Source of the DNA: a virus
Virus record (IMG/VR): IMGVR_UViG_3300023371_000434
Length of the DNA stretch: 21,838 nucleotides
Reading direction: 5' to 3' (one strand)
Below, in pieces: positions 19,626 through 21,838 of this stretch (position 1 is its first letter; each line of letters starts with the position of its first letter). Both the position numbers and the translations under genes were made by a program. Under the pieces are notes generated by a model, which did not search any database, had not been told where the DNA came from, and saw only the letters and a list, made by a program, of their open reading frames with translations.

Positions 19626-20600
19626 ATGAATGAAGAAAAACCTATTATTGCTGAACGTATAAAAATTCTAAGAAAAGAAAAAGGATACACACAGGAACAG
19701 CTTGCTGATAAATTAGGATTAAACGCAAAATCAAGTATTGCTAACTATGAAAGTGGGGCAAATGCACCTAGCGATGAGATAAAATCTAAAATGTGTGAAT
19801 TGTTTGGATGTTCTATGGATTATCTAGTAGGAAAAAGTGAATTTAAAACAATTGAAGAAGATTTTGATAATTATTCTATTACTCAAAATAAACTTATTAT
19901 ATTGAAAACTATTGAAAGATATCATTCGGAATACGTTATCACATATTCTTTAAAAGAAGAGGATGTAGATTTTATAGTTGATGTATTGTGCAATATTAAT
20001 CAAAATAACATAAAAGAAAAAAAAGAAAAAATAGATAAATATGTTAATTCTTTTGATAAAGATGATAGAAAAGGAATTAGAGAATTTATAAATATAATTA
20101 TTAAAGAGTTAATAGAAGATTTAAAAGTTAAAAGTGTATTTCATTATTTTTATTCTTTAATAGATAACAAGAAAGAGAATATAAATAATATTTTACCAAA
20201 CAAATTTTATATGACGCCAGTATATGGACGTATATCTGCAGGACAACCTAATTGGGCTGAGGAATGTATTGAAGGTCGTATTCCTATTGACCCTGAAATG
20301 ATGAATATTACTAATCCAGAAGAATGTTTTTTCTTAAAAGTAAATGGTGAAAGTATGAATAAGGAAATTAAAAATGGCGCTTATGCCTTAATTAGAAAAA
20401 CTGATTTTGTAGAAAATGGTGATATAGCCGTTGTTTTAGTTAATGGATTTGATGCTACACTAAAGAAATTCTCAAAGCAAGGAGATTTGATTATATTAGA
20501 ACCATTAAGCAATGACCCTTCATTTAATACACAAGTATATAATAAAGATACTGAGATAAAAGTTATAGGGAAATATATTGGTAAAATGGAGATGAAATAA
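19626..20600 (+). CDS. CI-like repressor, XRE HTH + S24/LexA-type peptidase domain
   Basis: IKILRKEKGYTQEQLADKLGLNAKSSIANYESG ... GRISAGQPNWAEECIEGRIPI ... FFLKVNGESMNKEIKNGAYALI. Confidence 0.92.
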   Translation: MNEEKPIIAERIKILRKEKGYTQEQLADKLGLNAKSSIANYESGANAPSDEIKSKMCELFGCSMDYLVGKSEFKTIEEDFDNYSITQNKLIILKTIERYHSEYVITYSLKEEDVDFIVDVLCNINQNNIKEKKEKIDKYVNSFDKDDRKGIREFINIIIKELIEDLKVKSVFHYFYSLIDNKKENINNILPNKFYMTPVYGRISAGQPNWAEECIEGRIPIDPEMMNITNPEECFFLKVNGESMNKEIKNGAYALIRKTDFVENGDIAVVLVNGFDATLKKFSKQGDLIILEPLSNDPSFNTQVYNKDTEIKVIGKYIGKMEMK

Positions 20601-21655
20601 TGGCAGGAACAATAAGAAAAAGAGGTAAAAATAGTTATTATCTTGAATATATGTGCGAAGGAGAAAGATATTCTCAAACAATTAAAGCTGATTCTAAAAC
20701 TGAAGCTAATAAAAAACTAGCTCAATTCATATCCGAAGTCGAAAAAGGGACTTATCTTTCTTCAAATTTATCTTTTACTGAATTAGCTCAAATGTTTTTA
20801 GATAAATACGCAAAGAATAATTTGTCAGATACAACTGTAATCAACTATAAATATCAACTTAATAAACATATCCTTCCTGAGATAGGACATTATAAAATAA
20901 ATACTCTAAAAAAACTTCATATTCAAGATTTAGCTAATAAAGAATGTGAAGAATATAATTTAGCATCTAAAACCATAAAAAACGATATAAAGCTAATTTC
21001 AGCAATTTTAGAAAAAGGTATTGAGTGGGAATTATTACAATCTAATGTTGCTCATAAAGTTGCTATTCCTAATAATAAGAATAAGCCCAAAAAAGAACAA
21101 GAAATTTATAATAATGAAGAAATAAAGTTATTATTTGATGTTTTAGATAAAACAGAAGACCCATTTAAAACTATGGTGTACGTGTCTTTTTATACTGGTG
21201 CTCGACGTGGCGAAGTATTAGCTTTACGTTGGAAAGATATAGATTTTAATAACAATATTATTCATATACAACAAAATAAAGTTAGAACTGTCAACGGAAC
21301 AACATTTAAAGAGACTAAAAATAAACGTACAAGAGAATTTGTTGCTCCAGAAATATTGATGAAGAAATTAAAAGAATTTTACAGCAATCAAGATAAAGAT
21401 GATTTATTATTTAATATATACCCATCAACTTACAGCAGACAATGGACTAGCTTTGTAAAGAAAAACAATTTAAAATATATTACTTTACATGATTTAAGAC
21501 ATACAAATGGAAGTCTATTAGCATCTAAAGGAGTAGATATAGTAACAATAGCTAAAAGACTTGGTCATCTTCCTGCAACTGCTTCTGCTTATTATTTACA
21601 TGCAATATCTGAAGAAGATAAAAAAGCCAGTCAAAAACTTGACGATTTATTTTAA
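20600..21655 (+). CDS. int: Tyrosine recombinase/integrase
   Basis: TGARRGEVLALRWKDID ... LHDLRHTNGSLLASKGVDIVTIAKRLGH ... AYYLH. Confidence 0.95.
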   Translation: MAGTIRKRGKNSYYLEYMCEGERYSQTIKADSKTEANKKLAQFISEVEKGTYLSSNLSFTELAQMFLDKYAKNNLSDTTVINYKYQLNKHILPEIGHYKINTLKKLHIQDLANKECEEYNLASKTIKNDIKLISAILEKGIEWELLQSNVAHKVAIPNNKNKPKKEQEIYNNEEIKLLFDVLDKTEDPFKTMVYVSFYTGARRGEVLALRWKDIDFNNNIIHIQQNKVRTVNGTTFKETKNKRTREFVAPEILMKKLKEFYSNQDKDDLLFNIYPSTYSRQWTSFVKKNNLKYITLHDLRHTNGSLLASKGVDIVTIAKRLGHLPATASAYYLHAISEEDKKASQKLDDLF

Positions 21656-21670
21656 TTTTTTTTACCCTTA

Positions 21671-21692
21671 ATTACGTCAAAATTACGTCAAA
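21671..21692 (+). repeat. Tandem 11-bp repeat ATTACGTCAAA x2, probable integrase arm-type sites
   Basis: Exact tandem copies between int and tRNA attachment site. Confidence 0.55.
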
Positions 21693-21703
21693 ACGCAAAA
21701 ATA

Positions 21704-21731
21704 GGATACAGTGTAAACGCTGTATCCCTTT
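21704..21731 (+). terminator. Rho-independent terminator after int
   Basis: GGATACAGTG-TAAA-CGCTGTATCC followed by CTTTATTTT. Confidence 0.85.
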
Positions 21732-21738
21732 ATTTTCA

Positions 21739-21813
<75 letters not shown>

Positions 21814-21838
21814 AAATTACTTATATATTTTAACATGT

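Noticed and set aside
20381-20677. Minus-strand ORF 98 aa opposite the CI/int junction
   Set aside because: Antisense to two strongly supported genes with no family resemblance.

Overview
The window is most of one prophage from a low-GC Clostridia-like Firmicute. It runs right to left: tRNA-Gly attachment site, tyrosine integrase, CI-like and Cro-like repressors, early/replication genes (SNF2 helicase, VRR-NUC, PD-(D/E)XK nuclease, Sak4/RecA-like ATPase, DUF669, primase-helicase), a run of small ORFs with a NUMOD4/HNH endonuclease, an ArpU/RinA-like regulator, three small self-contained transcription units, an unannotated structured region, HNH, TerS, TerL, portal, ClpP-like protease, HK97 capsid, and head-tail connectors cut by the window edge. 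No tail or lysis genes are in view. The standout observation concerns the codon CGG. By manual reading I found nine in-frame CGG codons, in seven genes. At all nine the conserved protein continues only if the ribosome shifts +1, so that C-GGR is read as a single Gly. All nine quadruplets are CGGA (7) or CGGG (2). I found no in-frame CGG in any intact ORF, although roughly 35 out-of-frame CGG trinucleotides occur inside genes with no disruption. A base-calling error or random decay would not know the reading frame. The tRNA-Gly(UCC) at the prophage junction has anticodon loop CUUCCGA, so nt 34-37 (UCCG) are exactly complementary to CGGA, and its anticodon stem has a U30-C40 mismatch. This suggests a systematic CGGR->Gly quadruplet/+1 decoding system. 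The shift sites are directly visible in the sequence; the role of the tRNA is inference.
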